Shown here in pieces: positions 48,135 to 58,311 of a stretch of 64,000 nucleotides of DNA. Numbering within the stretch: the stretch's first letter is position 1; each line of letters opens with the position of its first letter. This DNA comes from an uncultured Verrucomicrobiae bacterium (GTDB lineage: Bacteria > Verrucomicrobiota > Verrucomicrobiia > Chthoniobacterales > JAFAMB01), in assembly GCA_963793135.1 (NCBI GenBank), contig CAWBYX010000028.1, positions 119,886-183,885 on the forward strand, in the 5' to 3' direction. Under the pieces are notes generated by a model. That model saw only the letters and a list, made by a program, of their open reading frames with translations. It was not told where the DNA came from and ran no database searches. The translations under genes and the position numbers were made by a program.

Positions 48135-49413
48135 CTATCGGTCGGACTCGCCCATTACGAAATCCAAGCTGCCGAGGATCGCGACCACGTCACTCATCAT
48201 ATGGCCGGGAAGAATCTTCGGGAGAATGCTCAGATTCACGAACGATGGAGCCCGAATTTTTAACCGATGAGGCACTCCACCTCCCCGGCTGTTGATGTAA
48301 AACCCGAGCTCGCCCTTCGGGTTTTCCGCACCGAAATAAATTTCACCAGGCGGCGCGTGCACTCCTTCGGTGTGAATGATGAAATGATGGATCAATTCTT
48401 CCATCTTCATCAGGACTTTTGGTTTGTCCGGAGGCAGATTTTTTGGATCATGGACGGTGATCGGGCCTGAAGGCAATTTCTCGATCACTTGATGCAAGAG
48501 ATGAACGCTTTGACGCATTTCTTCGAAGCGGACGAGATAGCGGTCGTAGGCGTCCCCAACGGTGCCAACGGGAATATCGAAATCGTACTTCTCATAATCG
48601 AGATAGGGTCGGGCCTTTCGGACGTCGTAGTCAATTCCGCTTCCGCGGATGTTCGGACCAGTCAGGCCATAAGAAATGGCATCTTCCTTGGAGATCACAC
48701 CAAGATCCCTGGTGCGATCGACCCAGATCCGGTTTCGGGTCAAAAGCTTGTCGAGCTCATTCAATTGGGGGATGAATTCGTCCAGAAAGGTATTCAAGGC
48801 CGGAATGAATCCGTCCGGCAGATCGCGGGTCATACCGCCCACTCGGGTGTACGAAGTCGTGAACCGGGCGCCGGTCAGCAGTTCGATCAAATTGTAAAGT
48901 TTTTCACGCTCCGTGAAGGTATAAAGAAAGACAGTGGTCGCACCGACATCCATCGCGAAGGCCCCGAGGCCGAGAAGGTGAGCAGAGATCCGCGCAATTT
49001 CGCAGCAGATCACGCGGATCGCTTTTCCGCGCGGGGGAAGTTCCCAGCCCATCAATTTTTCGACGGCTAGAGTGTAAGCGACGTTATTGGCCAAAGGCGC
49101 CAGATAGTCCAGGCGGTCCGTGTAAGGAACAAACTGGTTGTACTGCATGTTCTCCGCGATCTTTTCATCCCCTCGATGGAGATAGCCGACGTCGGGATCA
49201 GCGCTAGTGATGATTTCTCCATCCAACTGGAGAATAATACGCAGATACCCCGTGGGTCGCCGGATGCGACGGTCCCATGTTAAGGGTGAGCTTTTCACCC
49301 AGCAGTTCGGAGTCGCTGATGGCTTCCAGCGATCTGGCCGCGCGTGCGAGAGTGTCAGGCGTTTCGGTAGCGCGAGTGGTAATTGCCATAGCTGAAAGCG
49401 ACCAAGTTGACAA
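48135..49413 (-). CDS. nuoD: NADH-quinone oxidoreductase subunit D, interrupted by one +1 frameshift near 49245.
   Basis: ORF 49204..49413 gives ..EKLTLNMGPSHPATHGV. The next frame continues LRIILQLDGEIITSADPDVGYLHRGDEKIAEN.... The start is the Met at 49413 or 49389. Confidence 0.9.
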
Positions 49414-49683
49414 AGATAGGGTTTTCTTATTTAGGGTCGCAAGGCGTAATTTGGGAAATGTTTGTCACGGTCCAACGGGCGAGTTTGCGATTTGAATATC
49501 GCCGACGGCCCCGGCCATCAGATCAGACCCATTCCCCTCCGGGGCCTCCGTGCAATGCTTTGCTCCAGAGAACTTGTCTGATCATTGGGAGTGAGAGAAT
49601 TTGTCGCTTTTTGTTTCCTTCAAGCGGCAAAGTTCTGTAGAAAACGACCGAGAATCAACCTCAAGATCGGGAGAACGAAATTA

Positions 49684-51003
49684 ATGGAAAGCTCCGCACC
49701 AAGTACGGGCAACAATCCGAAAGTCGTCATCATTGGCGGCGGCTTCGGAGGGTTGTATGCCGCCAGAATACTGGCCAACCAGCCGGTTGATGTCACATTA
49801 ATCGATCGCACCAATCATCACTTGTTTCAGCCTTTGCTGTACCAGGTGGCGACCGCCATGCTTTCCCCCGCGGACATCGCGCAACCCATCAGATCCATCT
49901 TGAGGGATGCGAAAAATATTCGCGTCGTGATGGGCCGGGTTGAAACAATCGATACCGCGGCAAAGATAGTTCACACCCACGGAACGCAATATCCATACCA
50001 CTACTTGATTCTGGCGGCTGGCGCGCGCCACTCCTATTTTGGCAATGATCATTGGGAGGCCTTTGCGCCGGGTTTGAAAAATCTCTCTGATGCCTTGGAG
50101 TTGCGCCGCCGCATCTTGAATTCGTTCGAAATAGCCGAAACCACGCAGGATCCGGAGATTCAAGAAGCCGCCATGACTTTTGTCGTCATCGGAGCCGGTC
50201 CAACAGGAGTCGAAATGGCAGGATCCATTTCGGAGCTCGCGAAGCGAACGATTGTGCATGATTTTCGGAAGATTCAGACCAAGAGGGCGCGAATTATTTT
50301 GCTCGATGCGGCGCCAAAGGTCTTGCCGATGTTCGATGATACTCTTTGCGGCTCGGCTCTTAAACAGCTTGAGATGCTGGATATTGAGGTGAGAGTCGGC
50401 ACCAAAGTGCTCGGTGTGACTTCCGAAGGCGTTCAACTCGAGAACGAATTTATCCGTGCCCGTACCGTGGTCTGGGCCGCTGGTAACGCAGCGTCGCCCT
50501 TGGCGAAGCAAGTAGGGGAAACGGATCGTCAAGGCCGGATCATTGTCAACCCAGACCTGAGTGTTCCGGGTCATCCCGAGATTTTTGCCATCGGTGACGT
50601 CGCTAATTTTTCGCACCAGGGCGGTAAACCTCTTCCCGGGATTGCCCCGTTTGCGATGCAGTCGGGAGAAGCGGCGGCTCGGAACATTATGGCCCAAGCC
50701 CTTGGGAGTCCGACGAAAACGTTTAAATACTGGGACAAAGGAAGCATGGCCACGATCGGTCGAAATAAAGCCATTGCTGATCTCAAGGTGGTCAAGTTGA
50801 GCGGATTTCTCGCCTGGCTGAGCTGGCTCCTGATCCACTTGCTTTTCATCGTGGAGCTCCGAAATCGGATCCTCATCTTCTTCCAGTGGGCCTGGGGTTA
50901 TATCACCTACAGCCACGGTGCACGCCTGAGCTATCGAGCATTTCGCCCGGCGGTACCTCCGAAAGAGGGTAGTGTGCGGTCGAATGCCGAAGAACTTTTG
51001 TGA
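49684..51003 (+). CDS. ndh: Type II NADH dehydrogenase (NDH-2).
   Basis: MESSAPSTGNNPKVVIIGGGFGGLYAA (dinucleotide fold 1), FVVIGAGPTGVEMAG (fold 2) and C-terminal membrane-associating helices. The ORF-track start at 49585 is upstream of the likely ATG at 49684. Confidence 0.9.
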   Translation: MESSAPSTGNNPKVVIIGGGFGGLYAARILANQPVDVTLIDRTNHHLFQPLLYQVATAMLSPADIAQPIRSILRDAKNIRVVMGRVETIDTAAKIVHTHGTQYPYHYLILAAGARHSYFGNDHWEAFAPGLKNLSDALELRRRILNSFEIAETTQDPEIQEAAMTFVVIGAGPTGVEMAGSISELAKRTIVHDFRKIQTKRARIILLDAAPKVLPMFDDTLCGSALKQLEMLDIEVRVGTKVLGVTSEGVQLENEFIRARTVVWAAGNAASPLAKQVGETDRQGRIIVNPDLSVPGHPEIFAIGDVANFSHQGGKPLPGIAPFAMQSGEAAARNIMAQALGSPTKTFKYWDKGSMATIGRNKAIADLKVVKLSGFLAWLSWLLIHLLFIVELRNRILIFFQWAWGYITYSHGARLSYRAFRPAVPPKEGSVRSNAEELL

Positions 51004-51021
51004 TCGCCGTGTGACGCGGAA

Positions 51022-51495
51022 ATGACAGAGTGGTCCTCGTGGCAACCGAGGGAACGGGCGACCTTGTGTTTCGTTCGAGACAATGAACGGGTCTTAATGA
51101 TCCGAAAGAAACGCGGCCTCGGAGCCGGGAAAATTAACGGAGTGGGCGGAAGGCTCGAGCTCGGTGAGATGCCATTTGCGGGCATCTTGCGCGAGGCGCA
51201 GGAAGAACTAGGGATTACATTGTTGGACCCTGTCAAGCGGGGCGAATTGCATTTTCAATTTCTGGACGGTTACAGTCTTTTTTGCACCGTGTTTGTGGCG
51301 TCCCGTTTCGATGGAACCCCGGTCGAAACGGAAGAGGCTGTGCCCCTCTGGTTTGATGTTCGGAAACTCCCGTTTCACGAGATGTGGGAGGATGATCAGC
51401 TCTGGCTTGGCAGAGCGCTCGAGGGAAAATCATTCCGCGGGTTCTTTGATTTCGACGGAGAGAAGATGCTAAGCCAACGAGTGGATTGGGAATAG
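51022..51495 (+). CDS. NUDIX hydrolase (MutT-like).
   Basis: NUDIX box: GVGGRLELGEMPFAGILREAQEELGI. Confidence 0.85.
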   Translation: MTEWSSWQPRERATLCFVRDNERVLMIRKKRGLGAGKINGVGGRLELGEMPFAGILREAQEELGITLLDPVKRGELHFQFLDGYSLFCTVFVASRFDGTPVETEEAVPLWFDVRKLPFHEMWEDDQLWLGRALEGKSFRGFFDFDGEKMLSQRVDWE

Positions 51496-51514
51496 TTCCA
51501 TCCTCATTGCAATC

Positions 51515-52390
51515 GTGCGGATTGGCAGCTATTCGTTTCTCGCGACCGTGTTCGATTACATCCAGCGGATCCTCAAATTCATTCGGTTTTCCCACACAGT
51601 TTTCGCGCTGCCATTCGCCGCAGGTTCGATGATTGTCGCAGCACACGGTTTTCCCAGGATGCGAATCGTTCTACTCATTCTTCTTGCCATGGTCTTCGCC
51701 AGGACGGCAGCCATGGCGTTCAACCGAGTGGCGGATTGGGAAATTGACAAGGAAAACCCCCGGACCGCCGGACGCCACAAGCTGGTCTCGAAGCGGGTGG
51801 GATGGTCGCTGGTCGTGTTTCCGTCCGCCGCATTTGTCCTGGTCAGTTGGCTTATCAACCCACTCTGTTTCGCGCTTTCGCCGGTCGCGCTGGCGATTGT
51901 CTTCTTCTATTCCTTGACCAAGCGTTTTACGTCGTTCACCCAATTTTTTCTTGGGCTGGCGCTGGCGGTTTCTCCGGTGGGCGCATGGTTGGCGGTCAAA
52001 GGCCAGTTCGCCTTGCCACCTCTTGTCTTGGCTCTCGGGGTCGTATTCTGGCTGATTGGATTTGACCTGATCTATGCGATCCAGGATTACGACTTCGATA
52101 AGCGCAAAGGGCTAGGTTCGATGGTCGTGCGGTTTGGGATCCCTGGCAGTCTGCGATTGGCCCAAGTCATGCACGGAATCTTGTTCATTTGCCTGATACT
52201 GTTCGGTTTGGTGAGCGGTCTGGGCGTGATTTATTATGCCGCGTTGGTCCTGGTTTTGGGTGCCTTGATTTACGAGCATCGGGCCGCGGCGCATCTGGAC
52301 ATTGCGGGCATCAATAAGGCATTCTTTCAGAGCAACGCCTTCGTGAGCCTGGTCTTTGTCCTGGCCGTGGCTGCGGATGTTTACGCGTAG
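51515..52390 (+). CDS. ubiA: UbiA-family 4-hydroxybenzoate polyprenyltransferase.
   Basis: Polytopic membrane protein. UbiA-like [15 protein letters not shown] and [13 protein letters not shown] Asp-rich motifs. GTG start. Confidence 0.85.
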   Translation: MRIGSYSFLATVFDYIQRILKFIRFSHTVFALPFAAGSMIVAAHGFPRMRIVLLILLAMVFARTAAMAFNRVADWEIDKENPRTAGRHKLVSKRVGWSLVVFPSAAFVLVSWLINPLCFALSPVALAIVFFYSLTKRFTSFTQFFLGLALAVSPVGAWLAVKGQFALPPLVLALGVVFWLIGFDLIYAIQDYDFDKRKGLGSMVVRFGIPGSLRLAQVMHGILFICLILFGLVSGLGVIYYAALVLVLGALIYEHRAAAHLDIAGINKAFFQSNAFVSLVFVLAVAADVYA

Positions 52391-52403
52391 GGTCCTGTCG
52401 CGC

Positions 52404-52826
52404 CGTCGTCACTCGTGCTCGTGCTCGTTGTCGTCGTCGATTGTTTTCCCCGCCGGGCGGAACGAGGACGAGGACGACCACGAGCACGAGCAGGAAAAAT
52501 CCCGGTCGCTTCTTTATCGTGCTCGTCCTCGTCGTCGTGCTCGATTGTTTTCCCCGCCGAGCAGAACGAGGACGAGGACGACCACGAGCACGATTAGGAA
52601 AAATCGCCGTCGCTTCTTTATCGTGCTCGTCCTGGTCGTCGTGCTCGGTTATTTTCCCCGCCGGGCGGAACGAGGACGAGGACGACCACGAGCACGAGCA
52701 GGAAAAATCGCCGTCGCTTCTTTATCGTGCTCGTCCTCGTCGTCGTACTCGATTGTTTTCCCCCGCCGGGCAGAACGAAGAGCTGACGACGAGGCGACGG
52801 ACGAGCACGAGCACGATTGAGCGTAA
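52404..52826. repeat. 104-bp tandem repeat, ~4 units, each with imperfect inverted arms built from ACGAG(G/C) hexamers.
   Basis: The unit anchor cgattgttttcc / cggttattttcc recurs at 52438, 52542, 52646 and 52750, an exact 104-nt period. The arms cgtgctcgtcctcgtcgtcgtgctcg and cgaggacgaggacgaccacgagcacg alternate. Confidence 0.9.
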
Positions 52827-52908
52827 TCACCTATCGATCCATCAAGATGGATCAATCTATTATTTGCGGTGTAGAACCCCCGATGCTAAGGTCCCAGTTC
52901 CATCGTCT

Positions 52909-55900
52909 ATGGCCAGCCACCTGCAAAAAGCCCCTTCTTTCGATATCGTTGAAGCTCTAGACCAGCGGATCCTCATCCTGGATGGAGCCATGGGAACCAT
53001 GGTTCAACAGTTCAAACTCCAGGAGGACGATTATCGAGGAACTTTATTCGCCAGCCATTCCACGTATCTGAAAAATAACAACGATGTGCTCTGCCTCACC
53101 CGGCCCGAGATCATCGGACAGATTCACCGCCAATATCTTGAAGCTGGCGCCGATATCATTGAGACGAATACTTTCAACGCGACGTCGATTTCGCAGCAGG
53201 ATTTTGGATTGGAACAGTATGTCCCTGAGATGAACCGTGTCGCGGCTCGCTTAGCCAGGGAAGCGGTTGAACAGGTGACGGCCAAGGATCCCACCCGGAA
53301 ACGATATGTGGCCGGGGCGATCGGGCCGTTGAATCGAACCTTATCTATTTCGCGCGATGTCAACGATCCCGGCAAACGCGAGGTGACTTGGGAACAGGTC
53401 AAGAATGCTTACCAGGAACAGGTTGCTGCTCTGATCGAAGGGGGTGTCGATTTGCTGCTGGTGGAAACGACTTTCGATACGTTGAATCTCAAGGCGGCTT
53501 TGTTCGCGATCGAGGAGCATTTCGAGAGTTTGGGATATCGTCTGCCAGTCATGGCCTCGGGAACGATCACGGACGCTAGCGGCCGAACCTTGACCGGCCA
53601 GACGACGGAGGCTTTTTGGATCTCGATTTCTCATGCGCCGCTGCTCAGCGTTGGCCTTAACTGCGCTCTCGGGCCGAAGGAGTTGCGGCCCTACATCGAG
53701 GAATTAGCGCGAATTGCGCCGATCTACGTTTCCTGCTATCCGAACGCCGGCTTGCCCGATCCTTTGTCTCCGACCGGTTTCCCCGAAACTCCGGAAACGT
53801 TGGCGCCTCAACTTCAGGAATGGGCTGAACTCGGATGGTTAAACATCGTCGGCGGTTGCTGCGGTACGACACCGGCACATATCGCGTTGCTGGCGGAAGT
53901 CGTCAAAAATCTCCCTCCGCGCAAGTTACCTGTTTTTCCGCGAACAACCCAATTCAGCGGCCTCGAACCCTACAAGCTGGGGCTGGGGTTCACGGTGATC
54001 GGTGAACGAACCAACATTACGGGGTCGCCTAAGTTTTCGAAATTGATTTTGGCCGGAGATTTCGACGGTGCCTTGGCCGTGGCTCGGCAACAGGTTGAAG
54101 GGGGAGCGAACCTGATCGACATCAACATGGACGAGGGGATGATCGATTCCGAGGCAGCGATGGTGAAGTTTCTTAATCTGATCGCTGCAGAACCTGATAT
54201 CTCCCGGGTTCCGGTCATGATCGACAGTTCCCGTGGGAGCGTGCTGGAAGCAGGTCTCCGATGTGTGCAGGGCAAAGGAATCGTGAACTCGATCAGCCTG
54301 AAAGAGGGCGAGGAGAAATTCAAAAGCTATGCTCGACTAGTCCGTCGTTACGGTGCGGCGGCGGTGGTCATGGCCTTCGACGAGCAAGGCCAGGCAGACA
54401 ATCTGGCCCGAAGAAAAGAGATTTGTGCCCGGGCTTATCGAATATTGACGGAAGAGATAGGGTTTCCTCCGGAGGATATCGTTTTTGATCCGAATATTCT
54501 GACCGTCGCGACGGGCATGGAGGAGCACAATAATTACGCGGTCGACTTCATCGCGGCGGTACGCTGGATTAAGGAAACCTTGCCGTTTGCGCGGGTCAGC
54601 GGAGGGATTAGCAATATTTCGTTTTCATTTCGAGGGAACAACGTGGTCCGGGAAGCGATGCACGCGGCGTTTCTCTATCATGCGATTAACGCAGGGCTGG
54701 ATATGGGGATCGTGAATGCCGGCCAGTTGGCGGTTTACGAAGAGATCCCAAAAGATCTGCTCGAATTGGTGGAGGATGTGCTGCTTAACCGGCGTCCGGA
54801 TGCGACTGAACGGCTGGTCGACTTCGCGGAAAAAGTTAAATCTTCGGCGAAAGTCCAAGTGAAAGACGAGGCTTGGCGAGGGGCTCCAGTAGAGGAACGG
54901 TTATCGCACGCGCTCGTGAAGGGGATCGTCGATTTCATCGAACAGGACACCGAAGAAGCTCGAGCTCAAATACGGCAGACCGTTGGCGGTGATTGAAGGG
55001 CCGCTAATGTCCGGGATGAGTATTGTGGGCGACTTGTTTGGGGCTGGTAAGATGTTTTTGCCCCAGGTCGTCAAGAGCGCACGGGTGATGAAGAAGTCGG
55101 TGGCCTTTCTGACCCCCTTCATGGAGGCGGAACGTGCCTCTCAGGTTAACCCGCGGGCCCAGGGCAAGATCCTGATGGCGACAGTCAAAGGCGATGTCCA
55201 CGACATCGGGAAGAACATCGTGGGGGTGGTTCTCGCTTGTAACAACTATGAGGTGATCGATCTGGGTGTGATGGTTCCAGCCGAGAAGATTCTGGAAGTC
55301 GCCAAGGCGGAGTCTGTCGATGTGATCGGGCTCAGCGGATTGATCACCCCTTCACTCGATGAGATGGTTCATATGGCTCAGGAGATGGAGCGGCTCGATT
55401 TTCATCGGCCGTTGCTGATCGGCGGAGCCACCACGAGCCGCGCCCATACCGCGGTGAAGATCGCGCCTCATTACAGTGGGCCGACCGTCCATGTCCTCGA
55501 TGCTTCACGCGCCGTAGGTGTCGTTAGTGCGTTGATCAGCGACGATCAGAAACCGGAATTCGTCGGGAAAAATAGTCATGATCAGCAGCGCTTGCGCGAA
55601 GAATACGCCAACCGGAACGCGGATAAGAAACTGATCTCGATCGGAGACGCACGGCAACGCCGAACTCCCATCGATTGGGCAACAACTCGAATCGACGCGC
55701 CCGAATTCCTGGGTCGCCGGGTGATCTGGACGCAGTCGCTCGACGAACTGGTCGATTATATCGATTGGTCTCCGTTCTTTCATACCTGGGAATTGCGAGG
55801 TCGCTACCCGAAGATTTTGCAGGATCCGGAAGTCGGAGAACAGGCCCGGCAACTGTTTGAGGACGCGCAGAAATTGCTTCAGGACATCGTGAAAGGGAAG

Positions 55901-56632
55901 TTATTTACCGCCAGGGGGGTTTACGGATTTTGGCCGGCTAACAGCATCGGAGACGATATCGAATTATACACCGACGAGTCGCGTTCCGAGGTGCTGACCA
56001 CTTTTCATATGCTGCGCCAGCAGATGGCCAAACCGGCTGATCAGTATAATCATTCGCTCGCGGATTACATCGCTCCGCGGGACTCCGGTCGCGCGGATTA
56101 TCTTGGAGCATTTGCGGTAACGGCCGGACATGGCGCCGACGAATTGGCCAAACAATTTGAAGCCGATCATGATGACTATAACAGCATCATGGCCAAAGCA
56201 TTGGCAGACCGGCTCGCAGAAGCGTTTGCCGAGTGTCTGCATAAGCGTGTGCGTTTGGAATGGGGATACGGGAAAGAGGAACACCTCTCGAAAGAGGATT
56301 TACTCCGTGAGGTTTATCGAGGTATCCGCCCGGCCGCCGGCTATCCCGCGTGTCCAGATCACACCGAAAAGCGGATTTTATTCGACCTGCTCGCGGCTGA
56401 AGAAAACGCCAAGATCCAATTGACGGAAAGTTTCGCGATGTGGCCTGGTGCATCCGTGAGTGGCCTCTATTTTGGGCATCCTGAGGCCAAGTATTTCGGC
56501 GTGGGAAAAATCGACAAAGATCAGGTGGTGGATTATCACCGGCGGAAAGAAATGTTATTGGAAGAAGTCGAACGTTGGCTGGGTCCGTACCTGGCCTACG
56601 AGCCGGCGGTAACAAAGTTAGAGAAGGTTTGA
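52909..56632 (+). CDS. metH: Cobalamin-dependent methionine synthase, interrupted by one +1 frameshift near 54964.
   Basis: Hcy domain ([13 protein letters not shown]), pterin domain, then ..[11 protein letters not shown]. The next frame continues (L)[42 protein letters not shown], followed by the B12 domain ([11 protein letters not shown]) and the AdoMet activation domain. The first 156 aa of the ORF-track 851-aa ORF are repeat-derived and not part of the gene. Confidence 0.93.
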
Positions 56633-56685
56633 AGGAAAATTGAACAGATAAAGAGAACGCCAAGCCCAAGTGTCCTGGCACTTCT

Positions 56686-58311
56686 CTACTCTGCAGCGAC
56701 GTGGGCGCCCTTTTCGGCGACGGACCGCTTCATCCCGAGCACCATAAACGCGAGAATGAGGCTGACCACGGCAAAAATCAGGAAACAATCAAAGTAGGAA
56801 AGCGCTAAGGCTTGCTGGTCGCGCAGGTCCGAGAGGGATTGCACGGCCATTTGTTGCGCGCCGACTGGATCACCTGTTTGCTGCAGATAAGCAGGATTGG
56901 CTTGTGTGAGATAGGAGTTTACGGCGGGGTTCAGGGGATCGAGATACTCGCCCAGTCGCAACGAATGAAATTGTTCGCGGCGTTCCGTGATCGTCTGGCC
57001 CAACGAAGTGCCGACGCTGCCGCCCTCATTGCGCAAGAGCGCCAGCAAACCCACTGCCGAGCCGCGCAATGAACGGGGGATATAGATGTAGGCGGCTACA
57101 TTCAACGGCGCGAAGACCAGGCCGAGGCCGCCCACCATCACGACACGAGGCCAGATCACCTGCGAGGGAGCAATGTCCAGGTTCATCTGTGACATCCAGA
57201 AGTTGCCGGCAGCGACAATCAACAGACCGCACCCGATCAGCCAGCGGGCGTCTACCCCGCGGCCGAGTAGAGCGCCCACGATGATAATCGCTATGATCGT
57301 GAAGATCCCTGCAGGAGACAAGACCAGCCCGGCATGGAAAGCGTCATAACCGAAGAGCGATTCCAGCATGGCGGGCAACAGAGTACTCGAGCCGTAGAGC
57401 ACTCCGAAGCAGCAGAAAATAATGAGGCAAGAGAGGGCAAAGTTGCGGTCTTTAAGGGGCCGAAAGTTTACGATCGGGTTGGTTTGACGCGTTTCCCAGA
57501 AGACCAACCCGCAACCGCCCAAGATGAGCAAAGTCACAAGGGTTTGCACTCGTCCAAAAGCGTCGCCGAGCCAGTCCCACTCTTGTCCTTTGCTCAGCAA
57601 CACTTCCCAGCAAACGAGAGTGATGACCAGCAGCCCCAGGCCGATCGAATCGAAGCGCACCGGATTTTCGCGCAGCGCTTTCCGCGCGTTGCGAAGATAG
57701 TCCGGGTCCTGGACGGTGGCCCAGCAAAGAAAGAAGGCCAGGGCACCCACCGGCAAATTGATGTAGAAAATCCAGCGCCAGGAAAATTGGTCGGTGATAT
57801 AGCCGCCCAGGGTCGGCCCCAGCACCGGAGCGATGAGGGCTGCGACGCCAAAAAGGGTCTGAGCGGCGCCCTGTTTCTCGGGCGGAAAAGTGTCGAGGAG
57901 GATGCCTTGGCTGGAGGGTTGGAGCCCGCCCCCGGCGAGCCCTTGCACCACTCGAAACAGGATCAACTGATTGAGACTCGTCGCCATGCCGCAAAAGACC
58001 GAACTGATGGTGAAAACGGCGATTGAAAGAAGGAAATACCGGCGTCGTCCGATATTCGCGGCTAGCCACCCAGAGATGGGCAGGATGATCGCATTGGCGG
58101 CCAGGTAACTGGTGACCACCCATTCGCTATCGGTGACCGCCGCGGAAAGACCGCCGGCAATGTAGCGAAGAGCCACATTGGCGATAGTGGTATCCAGCAC
58201 CTCCATGAAGGTCGGTACGACCACCGCGAGCGCGACAATCCAAGGGTTCAAAGTCGGCCGCCCAATTGTCCCGCCCGGCGAAATAGACGCTGCGGACACG
58301 CTGGCGCTCAT
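56686..58311 (-). CDS. emrB: MFS transporter, DHA2 (EmrB/QacA) family.
   Basis: 541 aa. MEVLDTTIANVALRYIAGGL and LFRVVQGLAGGGL motifs, about 14 TM segments. Confidence 0.88.
   Translation of the reverse strand: MSASVSAASISPGGTIGRPTLNPWIVALAVVVPTFMEVLDTTIANVALRYIAGGLSAAVTDSEWVVTSYLAANAIILPISGWLAANIGRRRYFLLSIAVFTISSVFCGMATSLNQLILFRVVQGLAGGGLQPSSQGILLDTFPPEKQGAAQTLFGVAALIAPVLGPTLGGYITDQFSWRWIFYINLPVGALAFFLCWATVQDPDYLRNARKALRENPVRFDSIGLGLLVITLVCWEVLLSKGQEWDWLGDAFGRVQTLVTLLILGGCGLVFWETRQTNPIVNFRPLKDRNFALSCLIIFCCFGVLYGSSTLLPAMLESLFGYDAFHAGLVLSPAGIFTIIAIIIVGALLGRGVDARWLIGCGLLIVAAGNFWMSQMNLDIAPSQVIWPRVVMVGGLGLVFAPLNVAAYIYIPRSLRGSAVGLLALLRNEGGSVGTSLGQTITERREQFHSLRLGEYLDPLNPAVNSYLTQANPAYLQQTGDPVGAQQMAVQSLSDLRDQQALALSYFDCFLIFAVVSLILAFMVLGMKRSVAEKGAHVAAE

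Noticed and set aside
49798-51045. 415-aa minus-strand ORF.
   Set aside because: It lies entirely antisense to the well-supported ndh gene and is Arg-rich with low complexity. This is a typical shadow ORF in GC-rich DNA. The same reasoning applies to 5333..6034 (antisense to pth/rpsF), 20392..21216 (antisense to the UxaA-family gene), 57334..58026 and 57452..58123 (within emrB), and 40693..41415 (within nuoL).
52441-52908. N-terminal 156 aa of the 851-aa ORF, and the sibling ORFs 52356..52820 and 52415..52597 ([13 protein letters not shown] / [10 protein letters not shown] strings).
   Set aside because: They are translations of the 104-bp tandem repeat in several frames. The metH homology begins at the Met at 52909.
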